Shown here one piece after another: positions 48,060 to 56,725 of a stretch of 64,000 bases of DNA; within the stretch, counting starts at the first letter, position 1; each line of letters opens with the position of its first letter. The position numbers and the translations under genes are program-made. The stretch comes from Candidatus Latescibacterota bacterium (lineage in GTDB: Bacteria; Latescibacterota; UBA2968; GCA-2709665), in contig OZ252100.1 of assembly GCA_965248435.1 (NCBI GenBank), forward strand, positions 2,368,001-2,432,000. The letters run 5' to 3'. The notes under the pieces were generated by a model. That model was not told the origin of the DNA and did not search any database. It worked only from the letters and a program-made list of their open reading frames with translations.

Positions 48060-49210
48060 TGACGATCAAATCCCTGGAAGCCATCCCCGTCGTGCTTCCA
48101 CTCGAGACCCCCTTCAAGGGGGGAACCTATACGATCCGTAACCGAAACACGATCGTCGTGGTCGTGGAAACCGATGGCGCACGCGGGGAGATTTACGGAG
48201 GGGACGAGGACGGTGAACAGGGGGCCGTTGTCGACCTGATAAACGGACCCCTCAGTGAGCATTTGGTGGGGCAGAGGGTAGCGACCCGCGACGACATCGA
48301 GCGAATCTACGTCGACCTGATGAACCTGCCCATCGACCTGGGCTATCGGGCCCTGGTCGATCTGGACATGGGGCGCCACGGCATTCATCAGCAGGCCCTG
48401 TCTCTGATCGACATCGCGCTCTGGGACGCACTGGGAAAGCACCTGCAGAAACCGGTTCACGAGCTGCTTGGAGGTGTCAGGCGGACGGAGATCCCGGTCT
48501 TTTCCATCGGCGGATATTATGAAGATGGAGACCCCGGCGCGAAGAAGGAGGAAGTTGACCGGCTTCGAGAACAGGGGCTGAGCGGGCTTAAGATGAAGGT
48601 GGGACGGGCCTCGCTTTCTGAGGATCTCGTAAGAATCCAGACGGCGCTGGATGCGGCTACTCCAGACTTTCGGATCGCGGTGGACGCGAACACGGCCTGG
48701 ACCGTGGATCAGGCACTGGAATTTTGCGAGTCGGTCAGCGATTGGCCGATCGCCTGGGTGGAAGAGCCGGTGAAATGGTACGACGGGTTGACCGGTCTGG
48801 CTCAGGTCAGAAAGACCTCGTCTATCCCCATCGTGAGTGGTCAGGGCGACATTTCCGAGTTTCGAAGCGCCGATCTCTGCCTCTACGGCGCTGTCGATCA
48901 GCTGAACACCGACGTCACGCTCGTCGGCGGGATCACCGCCTGGATGCGCGTGGCCGAGGTCGCCCGAGAGCACGACGTCAAGATGGGCCATCACGAGGAA
49001 CCCCAGGTCGCCCTCACCCTGTTGTCCGTCATCGACGAAATCGGGCCGGTGGAGATTCTGGCCGACGAGAAGCGGGACCCGCTGTGGCCGAAGATCCTCA
49101 AAGACTCGCCCAGGCCGGCGGACGGAAAGCTATCCGTTCCGACCGGTCCCGGACTGGGCCTCGACCTGAACTGGGATTTGATCGAACAATATTCTGCGAG
49201 GTCAATCTGA
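48056..49210 (+). CDS. Mandelate racemase/muconate lactonizing enzyme family protein
   Basis: IDIALWDALGK, KMKVG, VDAN, WVEEP, GHH, PTGPGLG. Confidence 0.92.
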   Translation: MMTIKSLEAIPVVLPLETPFKGGTYTIRNRNTIVVVVETDGARGEIYGGDEDGEQGAVVDLINGPLSEHLVGQRVATRDDIERIYVDLMNLPIDLGYRALVDLDMGRHGIHQQALSLIDIALWDALGKHLQKPVHELLGGVRRTEIPVFSIGGYYEDGDPGAKKEEVDRLREQGLSGLKMKVGRASLSEDLVRIQTALDAATPDFRIAVDANTAWTVDQALEFCESVSDWPIAWVEEPVKWYDGLTGLAQVRKTSSIPIVSGQGDISEFRSADLCLYGAVDQLNTDVTLVGGITAWMRVAEVAREHDVKMGHHEEPQVALTLLSVIDEIGPVEILADEKRDPLWPKILKDSPRPADGKLSVPTGPGLGLDLNWDLIEQYSARSI

Positions 49211-49239
49211 GTACCGTCGTTCGTCGATCGTCGCTTACA

Positions 49240-49357
49240 GACCCCTCCCTCGTTCCCTCCCCTAAAGGGGAGGGAAGACAGAAGCGGTGCTCTTGGATCT
49301 ACCAGAGGAAATCATCTCCCCCCTCCCTTTAGGGAAGGGGGGCCGGGGGGGTTAGGT
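49240..49357. repeat. CCCTCCCC-N-GGGGAGGG doublet palindromic element
   Basis: TTCCCTCCCC-TAAA-GGGGAGGGAA and CCCCCCTCCCT-TT-AGGGAAGGGGGG with ACCCCTCCC / GGGGGGGTTAGGT flanks. Confidence 0.7.
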
Positions 49358-49402
49358 CCCAAATCCGCAACACGCAATTGAATCACGCCATAAAGGTTAG
49401 CC

Positions 49403-49742
49403 ATGCGCTTTATATCCACGAATGATGGCAGCTGCATCGTGTTCATGGACCCGCTAACCGTCGAACATTTGCAGAATCAGGTGGACGTGCTTTTAGACAC
49501 GCAGGTGGACACCCTGTGTTACACCGTGGGTCTGCCTGGCGCCTACGGAATGGCGAACCCTGCCGGATATTTCCGGCATGATGTATCTCGAGACGCGTCC
49601 CCTCCCCTTCTTAGCGTGCGAGTTGACGCCCGAGTTGACACAGGTGGGTCCAGCCGAGTTGTCGATCAGAGTGGTGGAACGAAACCCGGGGATCGCCACG
49701 CGGCTTACCGTGCGCGGTGTGAACATCCGAGTCAAGGCATGA
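49403..49742 (+). pseudogene. Internally deleted paralog of the downstream GH10-like gene
   Basis: First ~48 codons match the N-terminus of 49957; from ~49545 another frame reads EWRTLPDISG...CELTPEL...VVERNPGIATRLTVRGVNIRVKA*, matching its C-terminus. Confidence 0.85.
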
Positions 49743-49782
49743 CCTTACTCGTCGCTTTGTTTATTGCCGCCTGTTTCTTCTT

Positions 49783-49869
49783 GATTCTGGAGTATTGCAG
49801 TACTGGAGTAGTGGAGTATTGTAAAATCTGCTTTTCCATTACTCCAACACTCCATTACTCCATTCCCCA
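49783..49869. repeat. GGAGTRTT-octamer inverted-arm element, copy 2
   Basis: GATTCTGGAGTATTGCAGTACTGGAGTAGTGGAGTATTG ... CCATTACTCCAACACTCCATTACTCCATTCCCCA. Confidence 0.8.
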
Positions 49870-49956
49870 TCCATCGCGATCGTGTTGTGCGTTCCTCTGC
49901 GTCCTCCGGTCTATGCGGTGATGCCTTTTCAATCTCAAATCCGCTGAGAGGTAACC

Positions 49957-51495
49957 ATGCGTTTCATCTTGACCTGTGACGGCAGCTGCGTTGCGTTCAG
50001 GGATCCGCTGACCGTCGAACACCTGCAGAAGCAGGTGGACGTGCTTGTAGACACACAGGTGGACACTCTGTGCTACAACATCGGGTTACCCGGGGCGTAT
50101 GAATATGCCACGAAAGTGGGCACGCGGTATGGCCACGGGATGGAAAAGATGCCCGACGTCTCCTCCTACCGTGAAAGGCAGAATCTCGAAGCATTCTTTC
50201 AGCAGGGCATCGATCCGCTCCGGGTCCTGCTCGACCGCGGAATGGAAAAGGGTCTCAAGGTCTTTCCTGACATACGGATCTACGACTGTCAGTGCGGAAT
50301 CGATTTCGATCCCATGAATCGCGATCATCCGGACTGGCGGATCGGAGAACACGCCCGCTACGGTCCCGCATCGCTCATCTACGGGACCCGAGTCCCCGAC
50401 GCATACAAGAACCCCAACTACACCTGGCAGCTGGACTTCGCACATCCCGAAGTTCGACAGCGAACAATCGACATCGCCGAGGAACTGCTCACCTATCAGA
50501 TCGAAGGCCTGCAGCTGGACTTCCAGCGTCGACCCAACTACTTCAAGCCGGACGAGGCGGTCGATAACCGACACCTGATGACAGACATGGTGCGCGCGAT
50601 TCGTGCCAGCGTTCGAAAAGCCGAACAGGAGCAGGGCAGACCGGTGGAACTGCTGTGTCGGGTATGGGCGAACCTGGAGGACTGCTGGCATCTGGGTATG
50701 GATGTCAGGACGTGGGTCGAAGAGGGACTGATCGATCTCTTGATCCCGACCCATCACCTCTGCTTCGCGATCGACGCGCCCCTCGAGGAGTTTGTTGAGC
50801 TGACCAGGGACACACCGGTCAAGGTCTTGATGAACTACCTCCCGATCTTCGATTGGCCCAGGACGACCAGCGTCAGCCATCGCCCCGACCAGAAGCCTTC
50901 GTTCGCGGGCGTGCAGCTTCGGTCCCTGGATCTGGAATACGTACTGACCGGAGAGATGTGGCACGCCGGCGCCCAGATGGCCTTCGCCAAAGGCGCCGAC
51001 GGGCTGTCTATCTTCAACCTGAACCCGGCAGATTACGATGAGGGCTGGGACCTGAGCTTCCTGAGCGAGATCGCAGACCGGGACGTCGTGGCCCGGCACG
51101 ACAAGCTCTATCCCTTCATCACGGGCGAGTCGGCGAATCGATCCCGGAGCCTCAGTCGCAATGAGCCGGTAACCTATAACCTCTTCGTGGCTGAGGATCC
51201 GGCCGCTGTCGCGAAAATGACCCTCGAGGTACATATCGAAGAGCTTACGCGAGAGGATCGGCTCGAGTTTACCCTGGACGGCAAACCACTCCCGATGGAA
51301 ATTCGAACCCTTCCGGATGCATCAGGCGGCATGCACCTCCCCGGGCATCGTCCTCACCACTTCTTCGAGTGCGAGCTGACGCCCGAGTTGGTAGAGCTGG
51401 GCCCGTGCGAATTGGCGATCGGAGTGGTAGAACGAAACCCGGAGATACTTTCGCGGCTTACAGTGCTGGGTGTGAACATCAGGGTCAATCCCTGA
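49957..51495 (+). CDS. Putative glycoside hydrolase, GH10-like (GHL10/DUF187-type) TIM barrel
   Basis: GIDPLRVL, HPDWRIG, LDFAHPEVR, IEGLQLDFQR, GMDVRTWVEEGLID, GADGLSIFN. Confidence 0.75.
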   Translation: MRFILTCDGSCVAFRDPLTVEHLQKQVDVLVDTQVDTLCYNIGLPGAYEYATKVGTRYGHGMEKMPDVSSYRERQNLEAFFQQGIDPLRVLLDRGMEKGLKVFPDIRIYDCQCGIDFDPMNRDHPDWRIGEHARYGPASLIYGTRVPDAYKNPNYTWQLDFAHPEVRQRTIDIAEELLTYQIEGLQLDFQRRPNYFKPDEAVDNRHLMTDMVRAIRASVRKAEQEQGRPVELLCRVWANLEDCWHLGMDVRTWVEEGLIDLLIPTHHLCFAIDAPLEEFVELTRDTPVKVLMNYLPIFDWPRTTSVSHRPDQKPSFAGVQLRSLDLEYVLTGEMWHAGAQMAFAKGADGLSIFNLNPADYDEGWDLSFLSEIADRDVVARHDKLYPFITGESANRSRSLSRNEPVTYNLFVAEDPAAVAKMTLEVHIEELTREDRLEFTLDGKPLPMEIRTLPDASGGMHLPGHRPHHFFECELTPELVELGPCELAIGVVERNPEILSRLTVLGVNIRVNP

Positions 51496-51539
51496 TGCCC
51501 GGTTCGCGATTTATGAGCGAATGATGTCCGTTCACATTG

Positions 51540-51741
51540 TGAAAATCCCCCTCAATCCCTCCCTCGACTCGCATGCTCGCTCACCTCGATACGGCCCTCC
51601 GGGCCTACTCGGTGCAGGCGGGACAGGCCTTTTCCAAAGGGGGAAGATTGCTCTTCTTTAGAGATTATAGATTCCTCCCCTCCCTCGGCAAGCTCGGGAC
51701 ATGCTTTCGTAAAGGGGGCAGGGGGGATTTGAATTTCGCGA
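51540..51741. repeat. CCCCCTTT-N3-AAAGGGGG doublet element with nested inserts (B 51560-51627 containing C 51582-51618; B' 51681-51703)
   Basis: Direct comparison with 1248-1358 and with the empty allele at 38430-38556. Confidence 0.88.
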
Positions 51742-51775
51742 TGGCAAAACGACGGATTCAGGAGACTGACGGATT

Positions 51776-52681
51776 ATGACAACTGAGAAAGACGCAAAGC
51801 CCGTCGTCTACATCGACGGCGAGTTTTACGGGGAAAGCGACGCGAAGATCTCCGTCTTCGACCACGCCCTCCTCTACGGAGATGCCATCTACGAAACCTG
51901 CTGCGCCTGGAACGGCGCAATCTTCAAGCTGGACAGGCATATCGACAGGCTGTTCGAATCGGCCCACGCGGTGAAACTCCAGGTCCCCCTTTCCAAGGCC
52001 GAGTTGAAAGAGGTCGCCGTGGAAACCGTCCGACGCAGTAATCTCAAGAATGCCTACGTCAAGATCATCGCCACGCGAGGCGTAGGCGAACAGCCGACCA
52101 TAAGCCCCTACAACACGACACCCAGCATCATCGTCTTCGCCTGGCCCTACCTCAGCCTCGTAGCCGGCGATGTGGATCTGAAGGGGATGCGCGTCAAAGT
52201 CGCCTCCTGGCGACGCATTCCGGACATCTGCCTGCCATCGAAGGTGAAGAGCATCAACTACCTGAATCACGTTCTCATGCGCATGGAGGCGAACGAGTCC
52301 GGCTACGACGACGCGCTGGAACTCGGGACGGACGGTGATGTCACCGAAGCCCCGGGCTACAACGTCTTCGCCGTGAAACGCAGCGCCATCCAAACTCCGT
52401 CGAACAACATCCTCGTCGGCATTACCCGCGAGACCGTCCTCGAACTCGCGGCAGAAGCGGGAATCTCCGTGATCGAGGGCCAGCTCACCGTCTTCGATTT
52501 CTACAACGCCGATGAGGTGTTCTTCTCAAGCTCCGCTGGCGGCATCTTCCCGGTCAGCGAAATCGACGGGCGCGTGATCGGGAATGACGGGAAGCCGGGG
52601 CCTGTTACCGTCCGAATTCGCGACGGATATCAGGCGCTGCTCGAAAGCCGCGCCAAGAGCACACCTGTCTACCCGGCCTGA
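51776..52681 (+). CDS. Class IV PLP aminotransferase (branched-chain/D-amino acid type)
   Basis: ISVFDHALLYGDAIYE, HIDRLFESA, KSINYL, ILVGITR, ADEVF. Confidence 0.92.
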   Translation: MTTEKDAKPVVYIDGEFYGESDAKISVFDHALLYGDAIYETCCAWNGAIFKLDRHIDRLFESAHAVKLQVPLSKAELKEVAVETVRRSNLKNAYVKIIATRGVGEQPTISPYNTTPSIIVFAWPYLSLVAGDVDLKGMRVKVASWRRIPDICLPSKVKSINYLNHVLMRMEANESGYDDALELGTDGDVTEAPGYNVFAVKRSAIQTPSNNILVGITRETVLELAAEAGISVIEGQLTVFDFYNADEVFFSSSAGGIFPVSEIDGRVIGNDGKPGPVTVRIRDGYQALLESRAKSTPVYPA

Positions 52682-52735
52682 GCAATTGATGCGCAGCTTG
52701 CATAGGACCCGTAGACATCGAAAGGAAAGCGTGAG

Positions 52736-54421
52736 ATGCCCATCGTCCTGAAACAGTCCGTCAAGGATCCGAAACTCCGATGGTTCCGCGAATCCCGGTT
52801 CGGCATGTTCATTCACTTCGGCCTGTATGCTTTGCTGGAGCGGGGAGAATGGGTGCAGTACGTAGAGGACATACCGAAAGGGAAGTATGAACCCCTCATG
52901 CATCGGTTCAATCCATCGCGGTTCGACGCCGACGAATGGGTCGACCTCGCAGAAAAGGCCGGCTGTCGCTACATCACCCTTACGGCCAAGCATCACGACG
53001 GGTTCTGTCTCTTCGACAGTGACCTCACCGACTACAAGATCACGAACACCCCGTTTGGGCGGGACCTTACCGGAGAGCTCATCAATGCCTGTCATCGGCG
53101 CAGGATGCGCATCTGCCTCTACTACTCCCAGCCTGATTGGCACCACCCCAACTTTGTCCATTTTCCGGGCGCGTTCAAAGACCTCGATAGGCCGCCTTCG
53201 GACCAGCGACCTGACTGGCCGGCCTATCTGCGCTACTGCCACGGACAGATCGAGGAGCTCTGCACACGCTACGGTCGGATCGACGGCATCTGGTTCGACG
53301 GCTCGCACAAGAGCGAGAAGATGTGGCAGGGTCGTAAGCTTTATCGTCTCGTGAAGAAACATCAGCCCGGCGCGGTCGTGAACGACCGGGCACGCCACGG
53401 CGATTTCTTCACGCCGGAAAGGCAGCTGCCGGAAGACCTCACCGGCCACATGTTCGAGGCCTGCCAATCCATCAGCAAGGTAGGTTGGGGTTGGCACAAA
53501 GACTCCCCCCAGTACGGCCTTCCAAACCTGCTGGAGAACCTAGCCAGGGTCGTTTCGGAAGGGGGAAACTTTCTCCTGAATGTGGGCCCGCTGCCCGATG
53601 GAACGATTCCCGTCCATCAAGCCGATCGAATGAAGGCGGTTGGCAAATGGCTGAGCGCGAACGGCGAAGCCATCTACGCGACTGAAGCGGGAGGTGTTGA
53701 AACCGATTCTCCCGACGTGTTGACCACGCGCAGACGGAACTCGATCTACGTCTATTTGTGCCGATGGCCGGACACAGACCGTCTTTCCATTCCAGGCATA
53801 CGCACCGACCCGAAATCCGCAGCGCTTCTGAGCGGAAAGACATCGCTGAAGACCGTCTGGACCCCGTCCGGATTGGAAATCCACGGGCTGCCGATGTCAC
53901 CCCCCGATCCAGACCTCAACGTCATCAGACTGCGGTTCCGCAGGGCCCCGAAAATCGTTGGTGGGAGAACTCGCGCTGAAAAGGCGGAGACGATTCACGT
54001 GAATGAAAAAAGCCGAACGCGACTTAGCGTCCAGGACGCGAAACCCGAGGGGCGCGGGGTAAAGGGCAGTCGACTCAAGGTCACGAAAGAAGGGCCGGAA
54101 ACGGCGGTCACGAACTGGTTCGCCCCTGAGCATCGGCTGACCTGGAGCGTGGTCGCACCCAGAGCGGGGAATTTCCGTCTGCGGATTCGGCTGGCCTGTC
54201 CGAAGCCGTATGACGGCGCGACCTTCGTCGTCAAAGGCAGAATCGGCTCAGTGGAAGGCACCGTCAAAGCGACGCGATCTTACGAGGACTATCGCTGGTT
54301 GGACGTCGGCCCCATCCGACTGCCGAAGGGCAAGAGCAGCCTGAGTCTCTCTCCTAAGGAGATGGCGTATGGCTATCTCTTCGCGCACGTCACGGAGCTC
54401 GACCTCAAACCAGAAAAATAG
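52736..54421 (+). CDS. Alpha-L-fucosidase (GH29) with C-terminal beta-sandwich
   Basis: WFRESRFGMFIHFG, TAKHHDGFCLF, YYSQPDW, IWFDG, VVNDR, GGNFLLNVGP. Confidence 0.93.
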   Translation: MPIVLKQSVKDPKLRWFRESRFGMFIHFGLYALLERGEWVQYVEDIPKGKYEPLMHRFNPSRFDADEWVDLAEKAGCRYITLTAKHHDGFCLFDSDLTDYKITNTPFGRDLTGELINACHRRRMRICLYYSQPDWHHPNFVHFPGAFKDLDRPPSDQRPDWPAYLRYCHGQIEELCTRYGRIDGIWFDGSHKSEKMWQGRKLYRLVKKHQPGAVVNDRARHGDFFTPERQLPEDLTGHMFEACQSISKVGWGWHKDSPQYGLPNLLENLARVVSEGGNFLLNVGPLPDGTIPVHQADRMKAVGKWLSANGEAIYATEAGGVETDSPDVLTTRRRNSIYVYLCRWPDTDRLSIPGIRTDPKSAALLSGKTSLKTVWTPSGLEIHGLPMSPPDPDLNVIRLRFRRAPKIVGGRTRAEKAETIHVNEKSRTRLSVQDAKPEGRGVKGSRLKVTKEGPETAVTNWFAPEHRLTWSVVAPRAGNFRLRIRLACPKPYDGATFVVKGRIGSVEGTVKATRSYEDYRWLDVGPIRLPKGKSSLSLSPKEMAYGYLFAHVTELDLKPEK

Positions 54422-54432
54422 CGGCCACAATA

Positions 54433-54469
54433 TCGTGTAGAGACGCCCCGGTGGGGCGTCTCTACACGA
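54433..54469. repeat. GTAG-type REP palindrome (17-bp stem)
   Basis: TCGTGTAGAGACGCCCC-GGT-GGGGCGTCTCTACACGA; related copy at 58254-58278. Confidence 0.8.
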
Positions 54470-54508
54470 GCCACGAAAAACCGTGACCAAATCGTGAGGA
54501 ATAGACCT

Positions 54509-55207
54509 ATGGAAGTCCTGATGGTGAGAATTCGCGTAAAACCCGAACATCTTGAAGATTTCATCCACGAAATGATCGGCGACGCAGAAGGCTCGGTGTT
54601 GAACGAGCCGGGGTGCCGCCGCTTCGACATCATTCAGGATGAGACAGAGCCGACGAAGCTTGGGCTGTGTGAGGTCTACGATGATGAGGCCGCCGTCCAG
54701 GATCACTTGAGTCGCCCGCACTTCCTGAAGTGGAAGGAGGCCACCACGGATTGGACCTCGCAGGCGATCGAGGTCTCGACCTGCGTCCCCGTCTCCGTGG
54801 CAGGCGAGGGCCACTGGGATTCGGCGCGCACTTCTGCCTTGGAAGGCGATGCATTTCGAAAGGGCCTTTTCATCATCCACGCGCGACTGCTCGTCGCCGC
54901 CGACCGTGTAGAGGATTTCATCGCGGCCTCCCGCCTGGATGCAACCGGCGCCGTCAATGAAGAGCCGGGTTGTCTGAGGTTCGATCTGTTTCAGAACAAG
55001 GAAGATCCGACCGAACTCCACCTGTATGAGGCCTACGTCAACAAGGATGCCTTCGACTACCACAAAAGGACACCCCATCTTCAAGCCTGGGTGGAAACGG
55101 TTGGCGACTGGTACGCGCCTGGCTTTTCCCTACCGGAAAGCCCCGACCTGATCAAGGGCGCGAACATCTGGCCTCCCGACAACTGGAACTGGTGTCCCGG
55201 ACACTGA
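54509..55207 (+). CDS. Tandem ABM (LsrG/quinol monooxygenase-like) two-domain protein
   Basis: Duplicated NEPGCRRFD..LCEVY..H..RPHF and EEPGCLRFD..LYEAY..H.RTPHL. Confidence 0.85.
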   Translation: MEVLMVRIRVKPEHLEDFIHEMIGDAEGSVLNEPGCRRFDIIQDETEPTKLGLCEVYDDEAAVQDHLSRPHFLKWKEATTDWTSQAIEVSTCVPVSVAGEGHWDSARTSALEGDAFRKGLFIIHARLLVAADRVEDFIAASRLDATGAVNEEPGCLRFDLFQNKEDPTELHLYEAYVNKDAFDYHKRTPHLQAWVETVGDWYAPGFSLPESPDLIKGANIWPPDNWNWCPGH

Positions 55208-55231
55208 AAACATAACGAGGAGGTTAGGACC

Positions 55232-56722
55232 GTGGCCGTGCGAACAGATACCCCGACCGAATTCTCTATCGATCTGGATCAATCCGCCGTTCTGGAGCCC
55301 GTCAGGCGTCTCCCCGTCGCCAAGAATGTCGATGTCATCGTCGCGGGCGGCAGTCCCACGGGGGTCTGCGCCGCCATAGCGGCCGCCAGAAACGGCGCGG
55401 AGACGCTCCTCGTGGAACGCTACGGATTTCTGGGCGGCCAGATGGTGGCCGCGATGGTCCCTTCTCCCCACCGACCCTGCAAGACGAGCGAGGCCGGGCC
55501 GGGCGAAGAGTCTATCATGGTGGAGATGCTCAGGCGGCTGGTCGACTTCTCAGGGTTGAAATTCTCGTGGGAAGACGTCCTGAACGACCCCAGGCTGGAT
55601 GTCTTCATCAACCCCGAGGTCTCCAAGCAGGTACTCCTGCAGATGGTGGAAGAAGCGGGCGTCAAGATCTTGTATCACACCTTCGTGGCCGACACGATCG
55701 TGGAAGACGGCGCGGTGAAAGGCATCATCGTTGAAAACAAGGCGGGGCGCCAGGCGCTGCTCGGAAAGGTGGTCGTGGATGCGACCGGCGATGCAGATCT
55801 CGTGGCCGATGCGGGCGCCCCCTACAAACTCCGGCCCGCGAAAGAGAGGTTCGGTCCGGGCATGCACAGTCTCGTGTGTAACGTAGACATCTCTAAGACC
55901 CTCGAGTATCTGAAGGCACATCCCGACCAGCTCATGCGCAGTCCTCGCGAAGCAGATCCGATTTCCGTTGAGGAACTCGAAGAACGGACGCTTCTAGATC
56001 ACTGCGTGGTACGAACGCATTTCCAGGGCTTTTCAGACCTCCTGAAAGAGGCGGCGGCGAACGGCGATATCGAAAAGATCAACTTCCTGCAGTTCATGTG
56101 GATGGGAAGAGGCATCGCGATGTTTTCCGATTATCCCAAGGTCAAGATCGGTCCGATCGACTGCCTGAATCCGGATGATGTCGCGCGAGCGGAGGGCGCC
56201 CTCAGGAAACTGCAGTGGCGGAAGGCCGCCTTCTTCAGGAAGTACGTCCCCGGTTTTGAAAACGCCTCTCTGATCGAGACCGGCGTGCACATCGGGGTCA
56301 GGGAAACGAGAACGCTCATCGGTGAACACCTTTTGACAAAGGAAGATGCCGTAGCGCGTAAGCAGTTCGACGACACGGTCATTCATTTCCGCGACGTCAC
56401 TGGATCCCTCGTCTTCCATTTCGTCACGGATCATCCCAGACACTTCAGATCGGCCAAGATGATGGAGAAAGTCTGTGGAGACATCAACATCCCCTACCGG
56501 ACGATTCTTCCGAAGAAGGTGGACAACCTCCTGGTCGCCGGACGCTGCGTCTGCTACAGCATCACCCCCGGCGCGCTCGCAGGGCAGGTGGCTGGAACGG
56601 CCGCCGCGCTGTCTGCAAAGGCCGGCGTGGTGCCTCGAAAGCTGGACGTTCCGACCCTCCAGAGGGCGTTGATCGAGCAGGGCTTCACCTACGCCCGCCT
56701 CCCCTCCGTCTCGAAAGGTTGA
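55232..56722 (+). CDS. FAD-dependent oxidoreductase
   Basis: DVIVAGGSPTG, LVERYGFLGG, VDATGDAD, GVRETR, IPYRTILP, LLVAGRC. Confidence 0.88.
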   Translation: MAVRTDTPTEFSIDLDQSAVLEPVRRLPVAKNVDVIVAGGSPTGVCAAIAAARNGAETLLVERYGFLGGQMVAAMVPSPHRPCKTSEAGPGEESIMVEMLRRLVDFSGLKFSWEDVLNDPRLDVFINPEVSKQVLLQMVEEAGVKILYHTFVADTIVEDGAVKGIIVENKAGRQALLGKVVVDATGDADLVADAGAPYKLRPAKERFGPGMHSLVCNVDISKTLEYLKAHPDQLMRSPREADPISVEELEERTLLDHCVVRTHFQGFSDLLKEAAANGDIEKINFLQFMWMGRGIAMFSDYPKVKIGPIDCLNPDDVARAEGALRKLQWRKAAFFRKYVPGFENASLIETGVHIGVRETRTLIGEHLLTKEDAVARKQFDDTVIHFRDVTGSLVFHFVTDHPRHFRSAKMMEKVCGDINIPYRTILPKKVDNLLVAGRCVCYSITPGALAGQVAGTAAALSAKAGVVPRKLDVPTLQRALIEQGFTYARLPSVSKG

Positions 56723-56725
56723 GTC

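Noticed and set aside
55232-56722. FAD oxidoreductase as a pseudogene (GGSPTG, short C-terminal motif)
   Set aside because: The frame is intact and full length; the variation cannot be interpreted without an alignment
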